From positions 4,384,001 to 4,448,000 of the forward strand of contig CM000152.2 of the NCBI GenBank assembly GCA_000004695.1: 64,000 nt of DNA, given 5' to 3'. The notes under the pieces are model-generated. The model did no database searches, was not told the origin of the DNA, and was given only the letters and a program-made list of their open reading frames with translations. The DNA is from Dictyostelium discoideum. Lineage: Eukaryota. The translations under genes and the position numbers were made by a program. Below, one piece after another: positions 1 to 13,865 of the stretch; positions within the stretch are counted from its first letter, which is position 1; every line of letters starts with the position of its first letter.

Positions 1-73
<73 letters not shown>

Positions 74-74
74 G
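1..74. repeat. (ATT)n trinucleotide microsatellite, about 25 units
   Basis: Perfect ATT tandem repeat read directly at the window start. Confidence 0.95.
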
Positions 75-371
75 AAATATCCAAAGAAACTTACTGTAAC
101 TGCCCTGAATCTTTCTTGACCTGCAGTATCCCACTAATCGTTGTTATCAAAAGAAAAAAAAAAAAAAAAAAAAAGAGAAGAATTTGTCAATAAAATGGTC
201 AATTATAGTTATTTCTAAATTTTTTTCAAATTTTTTACATACAATTTGTAATTTAATTTTTTTATTATTTACATCTACAATTCTTGTACCAAACTCTACA
301 CCAATTGTATGTGGTGAATCTGGGACGACTATAATATATTAAAAGATTATATATAAATGTATTTGATTAGT

Positions 372-402
<31 letters not shown>

Positions 403-454
403 TTTTTTTTTTATTTTTTTTTTATTTTTTTTTCACAAAGGATGGTGAACTTTA

Positions 455-595
<141 letters not shown>

Positions 596-1821
596 TTATT
601 GTATTAAACAATAAAAGAATAAAATAAAATATAAAAAAAAAAAAAAAAAAAAAGTTAGTAAATATTTTCACTAAAACTGGTGAAAATAAAAAAATATCAG
701 CGTAATTTAAATGTTATTGGTGAAAGAGGTGATTAAATATGTATTATATTGTTTTTATTATTGTTATTATTTATTTTTTTATTTTTATTTTTTATATTTT
801 TATTTTTTTATTTTTATTTTTTATATTTTTATTTTTTCGATTTATATATATATTTTTGATTTTAATTTGTTTATTGATTTATTCGTTTTATTATTTTATT
901 ATCACACTAATATTGTTTTTATAAAACTATTGTTTACCTGTATAGTGGATTTGTGTTGTTGTGAAAAATAAATAAAAATTATATTAAAAAAAAAAAAAAA
1001 ATTCAATTTTTTTTTTTTTTTTTTTTTTTTTGAATTTTTTTTTTTATTTTTTTTATTTTTTTTTTTTGAAATGAAATTTTTTAAAACCTGGGTTCTGGTG
1101 TAATTTATAACTTTGGGAGAAAAAAAGAAAAAAAAATAAAAAAAATAAAAACAAAAGAAAAAAAACAAAAAAATGCAAAATAAGCAAAAAAAACAATAAA
1201 AAAAAAAAAATAAAAAAATTAAACAAATAAAATATCAAATTCTAAAAAAAATAAATGTCTACTTTTTTTTTTTTTTTTTTTTTTGTGTGGGTTTTTTTTT
1301 TTGGTTTTTTTTATTTTTTTTTTTTTTTATAAATTAATTATTAGAATAGAATTCAATTCTGTGCAAAAATAGTTTTAATAAATAAATAAATAAATAAATA
1401 AAATTTTCTAATATTTATAAAAAATATAGTTTTTTTTTTTAATATGATTTTGATAAAATAAAATAAATTTTTATTTTTTTTTATTTTTTTATATTTTATT
1501 TTTTTCTTTTTTTTTCATCGATTTCTTTTCTAACATTAATTAAAATGTCAACGTGTTAACACACGAGATGTGTGGTGATATTAAAAAATTTTTTTTTTGA
1601 TTTTTTTTTTTTTTTTTTTCTTTTGTTTTTATTTTGATTTATTTTTTTTTTTTTTAAAAATCTTTTTTTTTTAAAAATTAATTCCAAATTTCCAAAACAG
1701 GACCAAATATTTTTATTTTGCCTGGATAAGTAAATAAAACAAATGAATTGTTGAGGAAAAATCTCAATTTTAATTTTTTTATTTTTTTTTTTTATTTTTT
1801 AATGTTTTATTTTTATTTTTT

Positions 1822-3295
1822 TTAAAGTGTGGGGTTTGAAGAGATTTTAAAAACTTTAAAATCAAAATTATCAGGAGCTTTCTTTGCAACATCACCCATA
1901 ATTGATTTCTTTTTTTCATTTGATTTATCACTTGCCAATTCATATAAAGAACAAATATTAAATATTAAAGTTTCATCAATTGATTTTTCATATTTTTGTT
2001 TTTGAGGAGTAGTAGTTTGAGTTGTTGGTGATGGATCAATTGGTGAAGTTTTCTCTTGAAGCACACCTTCCAATTCAGTGATAGCACCACCAAGATCGCA
2101 AGTGTATAACATTGAAATACATTTATTATTTATAGCAGCTATATTATTTGGTTCGATTTGAATTACATCTTCAAAATATTTAATAGCTGATGGATATTGA
2201 TCACTTGCAATTGAGTAAAATCCATGATTCATTAATGATAAAATTTTTAATGAATTATTTAAATTATTATTATTATTATTATCATTAATTGTATTTTTTA
2301 TAATGATATCAACAAATTTGAATATTTTTTCAGCACCTTTTAAATTACCCATTTGAAGATGAATTCTACCTAAAGCTGATAAAATGTAAATATCAGCTTC
2401 AAACTTTTGAATTAAATCCTCTAATATTTTAATTGCCAATAGGAAATCTCTATTCTTTTGAATTATAAAAGTCACAATTGAAAATATGATACGACGTTCT
2501 CTTTCCCTCCAAAGTGATAATAACTCTAACAATGATTGTAATGTATTACCACCTTGTTCAAAAATCTCTTCAACACTAATTGTACTTGAAATTGGTAACA
2601 TTGGTGTTGATGTATTATTATTATTATTATTATTACTACTATTACTATTATTACTTTCTTCAATTCTTGGTGATATTAATGATGCTGTAGTATTCTCTAA
2701 TTGTGATAAATAAATATTATGATTCTTTGATAATTCTTCTGATACGATTGTACTTGTTGATTTTTTAATTATATTATTATTATTATTATTATTATTACTA
2801 TTATTTTTACTAATAGTTTCATTTAAATTTTGAATTTCTCTATTTTATTATTTGAAATACAAAAAAAAAAAAAAGAATTAATATTAATTATAGTACAGTT
2901 TAAATATTATAATATATTTACTTTTTACAAATTGATAATAAAGCATATAAAGAATCTAATTGAAACTTTTCAGTATTTAAATGACAAGCTAATTCAGCTT
3001 TAATGATTCTCATTGAGAAAGGTACCATTGAACCTTTTTTACCAGGGAATAATTGAGGATAGGATTCATAACAATTCACAAGGTCTCTAATATCACCAAT
3101 ACCTTTAATTTCACTATCGGCTGCTGAATATGATCTCATTTTTACATGTGCAATAATTCTACATAATTTATATTGTAATATACTTTGAGGATTATTGGTA
3201 TTTGCTATACATAATTCTGCAACTTTAAATACATTATTCCAATTACCAATTTTCTTTTTGGGGATAAAATTAAATATTAATATAAATATATGAAA

Positions 3296-3363
<68 letters not shown>

Positions 3364-3835
3364 GTATTTTACATACAATTAATCTTTTTAAAGTTGTTTC
3401 ATCACCAACTAAACTTGAAGAATTTGAATATTGTGGATTTGGAAAGTAAGATATTGGTTGATGTTGTGGTAATGGTTGAATAGATGTACTACCAAATGAA
3501 TCAAAATTTGATACGGAGTTAGACATTTGCGATGCTTGTTTAAATCCACCATTTTGTGGTGTTGTTGGTGTTGTTGCTGTAACAAATTGATGTTGTTGTT
3601 GTTGTTGTTGTTGATTTGTTGGTTGTTGTTGTTGTTGTTGTTGTTGTTGTTGATTTTGTGATAAATTTGTAAATGAGTGTGATCTAGATAATGATTCATG
3701 TAATGGTGATTGTGATTGCTGTGATTGTGATTGTGATTGTTGTGATGGTTGTACAAAATTATTATTTACAATAGGTGAAGTACCAAAATTATTTGAGCCC
3801 CTATTCAATGTATTATGATTTGGTGGAGTGCTCAT
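1822..3835 (-). CDS. TPR-repeat protein, about 600 aa, 3 exons: complement join(3377..3835, 2922..3253, 1822..2839). Possibly TTC15/TRAPPC12-like.
   Basis: Minus-strand ORFs 2918..3835 and 1822..2601 join in frame across two introns. Intron 1 is about 2840..2921 (GTAAAT...AATAG). Intron 2 is about 3254..3376 (GTATGT...AAAAAG) and contains an (AAT)n run; unspliced, that run produces the spurious poly-Leu seen in the ORF track. ATG at 3835 with an A-rich leader. The C-terminal half has TPR-like helical repeats (SALGRIHLQMGNLKGAEKIF, AIKYFEDVIQIEPNN). Poly-Q/N/S low complexity in the N-terminal exon. Confidence 0.7.
3302..3360. repeat. (AAT)n microsatellite inside intron 2 of the TPR gene
   Basis: Direct tandem repeat. 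It explains the artefactual poly-L translation in the six-frame track. Confidence 0.9.
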
Positions 3836-3915
3836 TTTGTTTATATTTTATTTGTTTATATTTTATTTATTTATTTTATCTGTTTGCCAGTCTCAGCAAA
3901 AATTAATTAAATTTG

Positions 3916-3946
<31 letters not shown>

Positions 3947-4159
3947 TCAAAAAAAAATCTTTTTTTTAATAATTTTTTTTTTTTTTATTTTTTCAATTTT
4001 CAAAAAAAGGTTACCTTCTGTATTTTTTTTTATATTTTTTTTTTTTTTCCAGTATTTGGTATTTAATTACTTTTTTTTTATAAATCAAGTTTATAAATTT
4101 TTTTTAAAAAAAAAAAAAAAAAAAAAATTAAGAAAAAAAAAAACAAAAAAAAAATAATA

Positions 4160-7100
4160 ATGAATTTATCAACGTCAACAACAAATACACCAATAGTAAC
4201 AAATACAACAGGAACACCAACAACATCATCAACCGCAACATCAACAATAGAACATAAATCAGAATTAGAATCACTTGAAAATTATTTCACAGCATTACAA
4301 AAAGCAGTAAATGAAGGTATAAAATTAAATTATAATATCATTAGTAAATTTGATATAGTTTGTAATATTACACCATTATTTGAAGTTTTAAATAAACAAG
4401 AGGTTGACTCTATCACATTGAAATGGTTAAATCTATTAACAAGTTGTCTTGGTCAAGGTACTGGTGGTCCAGCTTTCTCATTAGTCATTGGTAATTTAAT
4501 TTCAAAATTATTTGATCGTTCACCAAATGGTAGTAAATCCTCAACTTCAATAGTTAAAAATTTAATAACTCAATTACAAACAAAACAAATACAATCAAAT
4601 TTAAAAATGTAATATTTAAAATATTTATTCAATATATATATATTTATTTATTTTAAGGTACTAATACTAAACTCACATTTACATGCATGCACAGATCAAT
4701 TATTGATGTTTTATCAATTATATTTAAAAATAGTAAAACATTAGCAATTGTTTATATTCAAGAGATATTAACGATATTATCAAAGATGGTTAAAGTTTCA
4801 AGTGAAACATCAGGATTTAAAGCATCATGTATGAGATGTATTGGATGTTGTTTAGATAGTGTTGGATATACTAGAGGTGCAATTCATGTGGATACATTTA
4901 AATTGATAAAAACCATCTATCCAATACCAGTTGGGAATAGTGGTGGTAGTGGTGGTGGTAGTGGTGGTGGTAATAGTGGTATTGGTCAAATGTCATCATT
5001 ACTTGCAACTAATAACGGTGTATTAGCAGCTGCCCAAGATTTTAAAATTGAATGTTTAAATTGTATTTTACCAATTGCAAAATATTATAATCAAAGTGAT
5101 TCAAAATTATCAGGTTTTGATGAAAAGATTCTAACTTTTCTTCAAAAGATATTAGATGAGGATTCTTATCGTCAAAGATATAAATTATCGGAAACTTTAG
5201 CATTGGTTTTATCAACATTTTATTCAAAAGAGCAACAACAGCAACAACAACAACAACAATCATCATCGTCACAACAAAATCAATCACAAAATCAATCACA
5301 AAACCAATCATCATTATCAGCATCAGGTAAAGATCAATCATCGGTATTATCATCATCATTACAGGGTATTCAAACAAATCAATCAAATGGTGCACTAGGT
5401 AGTGGTGGTGGGTCAATTAAGAAATGGTCAATTGAACAATGTTTAAATTATTTAAATAATTTATTAGTAACAACATTGGTAAATAAAAAAGATATTAGAA
5501 CCAATATTACAATGGGATATAGTATGTTTTTAAGGGAATTATCATTATCAGATATTGAACCATTAATTGATACTATTATTTCAACCATTTTAAAGATAAT
5601 TTCAACACCATTTAATAAATTCATTGGCAATTTATCATCAAATTCAACAGTTTCACCAACACCACAACAAATTAGTGAACAAATTCAATTTAAATCTTGT
5701 GTATCATATATAATTAGAACTGGTTTAGGTGAAAAATTAAGTGAAAATGGTCAGCAAAGAATGTTACGTTATTTATTAACTTTGGTAACTTCATCAACTA
5801 CAATACAATCAACAAGTACTCAGCCAACAGGTACTCAAACAACAGCCACTACAACATCATCATCATTATCAACAAGTACAAATTCAACTACAGCAATAAC
5901 ATCAGATTCAACATTAAATGAATTAATATTATATGTATCATTAAAAGAAAGTTGTTTATTAATTAATGAATTGGGTGAAGGTGGGTTGGGTGGTATAGTT
6001 GAAGATTATTCAGCACAATTGATACAATTATTCAGTGATCGTAATCAAAGTACAAGAGTATGGGCAGCAATTTGTTTAAGATCATTGGCAACTCATTTAC
6101 CAAAATATATTTCACAATTTTTAACAGAATGTTTAACAAATTTAAATAATTTAATTGGTGAGATTGATAAATTATCAATTCAACCCGATTCATTGAAAAG
6201 AATTATGAATTCATTAAAGGGTAATTCACAAGGTTGCGCAGCATTAATTTCAACTGTAAAGACTACGGAATTGGGTGTACCAGCGACATTGTTAAATCAA
6301 ATTACAAAGATTTCCTCATCGTTGTTGTCGAATCCAGATTTCCTCAATCCAGCTATTACATTGGCAAGATTGGAAGCAGGTTGGACCATTATGAATTCCT
6401 TGATCAAGTATATGGGTACAACATTTGTTGAATCGATATTGGTTAGTTTGTTTGGATTTTGGAAGAGTTGTTTCAATATTAGCACAGTTCATCCTACAGC
6501 AGAGAGGGATATAGTGATTTTTGCACGTACTAGAGCCGATGCATTAATACCCTTACATAGTTTAATAGTTTATAATAGTAAGTTATTGAATTCAAAAGTG
6601 ATTGGCACAATAGTTAATTTCTTGGGTAATACATTGAAGACCGTTAGTGAATTGCCAGCCATTAGTACATCATTTCAAAGTTCAACCAATGAATTAACTC
6701 AATTGTTAGAGTATTATTTAATTCGTACATTCTTGGCATTGCCAGCTCAATCATTTGCAACCCATCATACCACATTGATGACTATTGTTACATCGTTAAT
6801 ATTGGATGGTGTTCAAAATACAATGTTTCCATCATTGTTACATCGTGATGACGAGGATGTATTATTACCAGATTTGAAATCAAGTTATTATCAATTCGAA
6901 TTGAATTATCAAATACCATTCACAAGTCAAGATAGTTCAATGACATCATACACTGAAATCAATGATTGTTTCTCTCACAAGTTGACACAATTCTTAGAGA
7001 TACGTGTTGTAAATAGTGCCATCGAGTTATTCTCTTATCTATTCGTTAACCAACCAGATAGACATAGAACTCAATTGATTGATCATCTTTCAAATTGTAT

Positions 7101-10100
7101 TAAAGATACGAGTACATCGACCCTTCAAAAGAGTATTATGATAGTGAATTCATTGACAGCGATTCTATTCATATTAAAGAGTATGTCACATAATAATCAA
7201 CGTTTTGGAAAGAGTGATATTACATCGACTGTACAAAGATTCGTTCAAAAGTATTTTGGTGATGTCAATGCATTACTTCGTAGAATTTCTTCCGAGTCTT
7301 TAGGTCTACTATGTAGAATCGAGGGTGATAATGTAACGTCAGCAATCATTTCCTCGTTGACTGAAATCATTAGAAAACCAGCTAAAGAAGTACCAGTTTC
7401 AGTTAGAGCCGGTTCTGCATTTGTTTTTGGTTGTATTCAAAGATCAGTTGGTGGTATGATGTCTCAAAAATATTTACCAACTACAATTGCAAATTTACAT
7501 GTATTGGCACAAGATCAAATCTCACCAGACGTTAGTCATTATGCTTTACATTCATTGTTTGTCACAATTCAAACTAGTGGCTTTGATTTCACTTCATTCG
7601 CAGCGCCAACTCTAATGTTAATTCAATCATTATTAATCACCGAATCACCTCCATATTATCTATTGGGTAGAATTGTAAATTCAATCGTAGTTGCATTAGG
7701 TCCAGAATTTGAATCACTCAAAGATATCATGAGTCGTTGTAATAATACATGTTCAATCATTGAAAAGAGTACTGACCCATTGATTAAAGCAGAATCCATT
7801 TACTTCTATCAAAAATTAATCATGTTTGCTCCAAATTCAATAAATACCACCAAATTAATACCAAATTTAATTTCACAATTGAAAAGTCCCTCTCTATTAC
7901 TTCGTGTTGCCTCTGTAACTTGTTTACGTCAATTAATTCAAAAACGTTCAAATTTCCAATTAGATATTCAACCATTGTGTGAAACATTATTTATGATGAT
8001 TGATACTGAACGTGATTATCAATTACAAAAAGAATTAAAATTATTATTATTCACTTTAATTGATACCATTGGTCCTTCAAATCCTTCAACTTGGTTAAAA
8101 ATTTGTATGGCTATAATTTTATCTTCAAAACAAGATGATAATTTATTAGATTCTTCAACTTCACCGATTAATTTAAAACAAATTAATAATAATCCAAATA
8201 ATTCAAATAATACAGATAAACAACAACAACAAGAAGAAGATGATGAAGATTTAGATCAAAAAGTTGTTGTTGAAACATCAGAAAAAAAAATTGGATATGT
8301 TCATCGTTGGTTTACAAAAATATCAGCATTAGAATGTGTTAGAAGAGTTATATCAGTTGTTAGGGATGAACCAAAACATTTCAATATGGTAATTGCATCG
8401 AAATTACCAAATAAAAATGATTATTTAGTTTATCATTTACATAATTTAATTTCAATTTCTTACAAGGCAGCAACATCACAAATCGATTCAATGAGACCAG
8501 TTGGTATTTTATTGTTAAAGGATATTTTAGAAGGATTTTCAAAAGCTATCGATCCAGATTATGAAGGTCATTTATTGTTGGAATTATATCAAGCTCAAAT
8601 TATGTCTGCGCTTAGACCTGCTTTTGATCCTGGTGCATTACCAACTCAACTTTCAAATGCTTGTTCAGTGTTTGTTAGTTTCATTGACTCTGCGGTCTAC
8701 TATGATAGTGTTGCCATTAAAAAGGCTACAACCATTCTATCGAAACAAGTTAAAGATTTAAGAACTTTAAATTTCCCAATCTATAATGAAAAGACTACAA
8801 CATTGGTACAGGTTTCCATACTTAAAGCGTTTGCACAATTGTATTTATTATGTCTAAAAGATCAATCATTATACTCAATTCTATCATCAGTAATTAATCC
8901 ATTGTTAATTTATTTACGTGTACATTGGATAACTTTCCTAAAGGAATATTCAATGTTGGTTTCACAATCACCTCAAATCTTTCCATTATATAAACCAATT
9001 CTATTCTCACCATTAACTTATCAAGATAGTATTGAATATTTTAAAGATGCTTATCCATCAGTTATAAAAGCATTGAGTTATTTATTACATACTCCTTATT
9101 GGTTAATTGGTAGAGAAGATAGTAGTAGTGGTAGTGGTAGTAATATTAATAATAGTAGTGGTGGTAGCAGTGTTACAAATAGTTTACAATCATCAAGTAA
9201 ATTAATTTCAAATTTAACACCAGAAGAAAAAGAATTTTTAAATGAAACTAAACCATTTGATGATTTTTATTTAATTTGGGGTTTAGCTTTAATGCCAATG
9301 GAAAGATATTTGGAAGAATCAATCAATGTTAATTTCAATGTAAATTTGATTTCATCATCATCATTAGAGATTCTATCAATTTTATTCCAATACAATAGTG
9401 GTGAAAATGCTACAGCAAGTAATGTAGTTCGTTCAACAGTTGATGTAATCCCTTTTGATATGATTAAAATGGATAAATTCAAAGAGTTTTGTTCAATTTT
9501 ATTACGTATAAATACTTTTGAAAATGATCAAATTCAACTATTAATAATTGAAATTATTACAAATTTAATTTTAAATTTTGGTACTGATATTGAAAAATAT
9601 CAATCAAAACAACAATTATCAAATTCTTCTTCTTCTATTAAAAGTAGTAATGATAGTATAAATAGTAATGGTGGTAATAATAATAATATATTTGAATTAA
9701 TGATTCAAATTTTATTGAAACCATTAAATATAATCGATTTTTCTTCTTCAAGTGGTAGTAGTAGTAGTAAAAACTTTAATGAATCACAAGTTCAATATTA
9801 TAGTAAATTATATCAATTCTATTTAATTTTAATTAAATATTTCGGTCAAAATGTTGAACAATTTGAAAAGTATTGCCCATTATTCATTTGTACAATCATT
9901 AAAGGTTTATCTTGCTCAAATCAACCAAATTTAATCACTTCTTCAATTCAATTATTAAATCATATCATTAAATCTAGAAATCAATTCCCTGACTCAAACT
10001 TTTCAAATCAATTAAATTTAATTTTAAATACTTTATTTTCAAATTTAATTGATATTTTAAATAATGATTTGTAAGTTTAAAAACCTTTTTTTTAAAAAAA

Positions 10101-10973
10101 AATAATAATTAATTTTGTTAAATGATTTATTAATATATATATTTTTTTTTTTTTTTTAAAATTTAAAAAGACATGAAATTAAACAAGGATTTTTATTATT
10201 AATTCCAATAATTTTAGTAAATACGAATAATTTATCAAATCAATCATTTGAAAAATCAATAGATTTCTTTAAAAAGGTATTATCATCTACAACTACAACT
10301 TTAACAACAGAAACAGAAACAGAAACAGAAAAATCAATATCAATACCAATTAAGGATAAAGTTTATATTCTTCAAGTTATTAGAAATATAGTTAATACAG
10401 GTTCACAACAACAATCAACTTCACAAGTTTATCAATATGCAAAATTACTTGTTAAAAATTTATTTTCAAATTTCTTTAGTTTATTAATTTTCCCATCCCC
10501 AATTGAAACTACAATTTTTAAACAAGAAGAAATTGAATTAAACAATGAATTAATTAAAATAATTATACTTTCTTTACCATTTTCTGATGAAAATAATAGT
10601 AAGTTTTTTTTTTTTTTTTTTTAATTAATTTTAATATCTTATATAACTAATTTTTATTTTTATTATTATTGTTATTATTTTAGAAGCAAATGTATTATCA
10701 GTTATAATTTCTAGTTTAATTTTATTCCTTCAACCAAATTCAAAAAATCAAACTCAATTCCACCACAATGTACTCCAAATTTTATTAAACTTTGCTTCTA
10801 CACAACCTCAATTTAAAGAGGCAGTTTCAAGACTACCTTTAGATCTTAAACAACAATTAGAACAATCAATAAGACAAAATATTGAATCTGCTGCAAAGAA
10901 AGAGGTCAAAGTTGCTCCAAAACCTCAAATTCAATTAACTTTTGATTTCTCTAAAGTCGCTAATAAAGAGTGA
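4160..10973 (+). CDS. Giant HEAT/ARM-repeat protein, about 2190 aa, 4 exons: join(4160..4607, 4658..10070, 10171..10598, 10684..10973). Possibly a HEATR5/Laa1-family adaptor-associated protein.
   Basis: ORF 4160..4612 continues in frame into ORF 4687..10074 across a 50-nt intron (GTAATA...TTTTAAG, 4608..4657). The donor GTAAGT at 10071 overlaps the apparent stop. The 100-nt and 85-nt introns both start GTAAGT and end in T-rich...AG. Frame is preserved to TGA at 10971. The protein is long, alpha-helical and repeat-rich, with S/T/Q-rich linkers. Family assignment is tentative. Confidence 0.7.
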
Positions 10974-11482
10974 ACCCAAATAAAAAAATAAAATAAAATA
11001 AAATAATTTACATTTAAATCGATAAACAAATAAATAAATAAATAAAAAAAGTTGAATTTCTTGTAATATTTAATTAATTTGTTTTTTTATTTTATTTGTT
11101 AGTTTACTCCTTTTGCTATGTTGGGTATGTTTCTTATTTTTTTTTTGGGTGGTTGATTAGTTTTTGGTTTTCATTTTTTTTATTTTAGCACTGTCTATCT
11201 AGTTTTTCCACCTTTTTTTTTTTTTTTTTGAATAAAGATAAAATGCAAAAACATGAATTGATTAGAAGAGGATCGTTTTTTTTTTTTTTTTGATATAAAT
11301 AAACTATTGTAGTATACAATTAGTATGTTATTTTTATTTATTTATTTTAGGTTTTTTAGTTTTTGTGAATTTAAAATGGTATGTTATTTTAGATTAGGTA
11401 ATTAATAATTGATTGGTGGTGTAATTGTTGGAATTGGTTCATTTGTGTTTATGCTCCATTCTTTTTTAAATTTTTTGAAGGT

Positions 11483-12292
11483 TTAAATAATTACAGTTAA
11501 ACCTGTATTTTTTATATTGTGCGTTTTCTGCAAAATGAAAATTAATATTGATAGTTGGATCTGGTTTAAATGCTTTGTTGTTTGTTTGTGGTTTATAAAG
11601 GGTGTGTATAATTTTGTTGTTTGGTTTTTTGTTAGTGACCAGTTTTTGTTTCCATTGCAATTTTTATATATAAAATATTTTAATTTGTCGTGGTTTATGA
11701 AGTTGATTGTGTGCTGACAATTGAAAAACAAATGACCATAGGGATCATTATTCATTTCATTGTTGCAAATGGGGCAAACTTTGTTGTGTAGATGATTAAT
11801 CGGAAGACATCTAGTAAAGAATCTTTGCATTGTATCCAGGCCTTTTGGATCTTTTAATTTTTGAATTTTGACAAATAGTTGGTCGTATGTGTATTTCCAT
11901 AATAGTTGTATTGATTGTTGGTGCGAAGTAAGAGGTAGATCTGAATATTTCTTTCCAATATAGTCTTTTGATTTGCATTGGTGATTGTTGAGTATTGTCG
12001 AGTAGATTTCTTTGAGTGTTGGTGGTAGTGAAATATTATTTGTGGTTAATATTTGAGAGGTTTGGTTTTTTGTTAATATTGGTTGTAGGGTTTGAACTTT
12101 ATCTTTTAGATGTCCAATTTGAGTTGCATAGTTTTCCCATTCTTTTTTGATTTTTATAAGGTATGGAGAAGAGATTGATTTGTTGATGATTTGATCCATC
12201 CAACTTATCATGTATATTGAATTGTTTGCAGATTTATGCATATCCAAATCTTTTGAGCAACTTGTAGTAATTGTATATTCCACATACCCCAA
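11483..12292 (-). CDS. Retroelement ORF2 C-terminal Cys/His-rich (zinc-finger-like) region
   Basis: 269-aa ORF ending in CPICNNEMNNDPYGHLFFNCQH (CxxC...HxxxxC pattern), typical of non-LTR ORF2 C-termini. Confidence 0.6.
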   Translation of the reverse strand: MGYVEYTITTSCSKDLDMHKSANNSIYMISWMDQIINKSISSPYLIKIKKEWENYATQIGHLKDKVQTLQPILTKNQTSQILTTNNISLPPTLKEIYSTILNNHQCKSKDYIGKKYSDLPLTSHQQSIQLLWKYTYDQLFVKIQKLKDPKGLDTMQRFFTRCLPINHLHNKVCPICNNEMNNDPYGHLFFNCQHTINFINHDKLKYFIYKNCNGNKNWSLTKNQTTKLYTPFINHKQTTKHLNQIQLSILIFILQKTHNIKNTGLTVII

Positions 12293-12599
12293 CCACCTTC
12301 TTTTAATGGTTTTAATGATCTATCATAACACATCAAAGGTAATTTTGCACGTGAATGGATGGTTGATGTGTTGTTTTCAATGGAATTGGTATTGAGAGTT
12401 GGTGATTCAGAATTTGCCGGAGAATTCATTAACCATGAGATTAATTTATTAATTTGAATTTCTTCATCTTTTGTAAATTCTTCAAGGTATGATAAATATG
12501 TTATTGGTGATAGTGAGTAGGTGTTTATGATGGTTGTTTTTGTTTTTAATGTTGTGCCACTAGTTTTCCATAGTACTAATGATTTATTCAGTGTTTTCA

Positions 12600-13865
12600 T
12601 TGTTTCTGGTAATTTCCTATGTAAACCATTATGATTAAAGAAATAGCCAAGGACTCTTTCTGATTGATATTTTTTGGTTATTGGTATTCTTTTTGATTGC
12701 GGAATGTTGTTTATTATGTGTTTATCTGTGATTTTGTGGGGGTTGATTTCTATTATTGCACTTTTGTCAAAATTTAATGATGATGATGTTGAAGCGCAGA
12801 AATTATCGAAATGTTTAATTGATTGTTGTTGTTGTTCGTAGTTGATGTTGTATGTTGCAAATTGGGTAAATTTGATTATAATTTGTGGATTGGGTGAAAT
12901 TGGTAATCCAATTATTGTATTGTCTGCATTTATTGTTCTTGCTAATATTTCAATTACAATTACAAATAAAGTGGCTGAGATTGGGTAACCTTGTTTTACA
13001 CCTCTTTTAATATCGAATTTTCTGGTCGTTTTACCATTAATTGAAATTTTTGCTTATGAGTCAGATAATAGCTTGTTGATTAAGTTTATTAATTTTATTG
13101 GTATACCAATATGAATTAATGTTCTTTTAATACTATGGTGAGAGATAGAATCAAATGCTTTAAAGTCAAATAGTGTGATGATATGAGGTTTTTAGATTTG
13201 AGGTAGTTGATTAATTCATTGATGTTGATGATGTTGTCTATGATGAATCTGTGGGGTACGAAACCAGTTTGGTTGTTGTTGATGATGAAAGGAAGTATTC
13301 TCAGAAGACGTGCATTGATTACTTTGGAGAGGATCTTGTAATCAGTGTTTAGAAGTGTAATAGGACGACGATTTGATATGAGTTAGGGGTTGCCTTTCTT
13401 GTATATTGTGTGTATAAGGCCTTCGGTGAATTCTGTTGTGATGTGGTGAGGGTTTTCTAGTATATCGTTGAATAATGTAGTGAAAATTGGTTTAACTTGG
13501 TTTAAATGATTAATGTAGAATGCATTTGTAACGCCATCTGGACCGAGTGATTTGTTGCAGCTTCAACTTCATCTTGTATAAATGGTGAGTCTAAACCATT
13601 CCAATATTCATTTTTTATGATGGGCCATGTGTTTAGCATGAGCTGGTGAGTAATTGGACAACATATTTGTAAGCTATATAGATTTGTGTAGAATTCAACA
13701 AAAGCATTTTCAATTTGGTCGGGGTCGGATGTAATGATGTTACCATATTGGATTGATTCAATTTTTGCATCTTTTGATCTTTTGTTTAGTATTGCTGATA
13801 GATACTTGCATCAATCCAAACATATTAAAAAAACATATTAGGTATTTCTCCATTTATATGTTTTT
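12600..13865 (-). pseudogene. Retroelement reverse-transcriptase region, disrupted by stop codons and frameshifts
   Basis: RT-like translation (...YLDDI-like blocks, LNKSLVLWKTSG...) can be followed on the minus strand. It is interrupted, for example by an in-frame stop near 13050 and by frame changes between the listed ORFs 12208..12600 and 13866..14942. Confidence 0.55.

Noticed and set aside
711-1238. Several 60-90 aa ORFs (711..971+, 739..924+, 902..1168-, 1053..1238-) translating to poly-F/K/Y/I
   Set aside because: Homopolymeric A/T intergenic DNA; ORFs in it are compositional artefacts with no codon structure.
2486-2713. 75-aa + strand ORF with a poly-L run
   Set aside because: Antisense to the spliced TPR gene exon; the poly-L comes from (TTA)n, which is the antisense of the gene's AAT/poly-N codons.
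3409-3756. 115-aa minus-strand ORF (H/N-rich) overlapping the TPR gene first exon in another frame
   Set aside because: Alternative frame of the (CAA)n/(CAC)n coding repeats; the main frame joins across introns and is clearly the real one.
5042-5416. 124-aa minus ORF and other antisense or alternate-frame ORFs (5448..5630-, 6297..6485-, 9267..9482-) inside the HEAT-repeat gene
   Set aside because: Embedded in or antisense to a long intact CDS; no independent start context.
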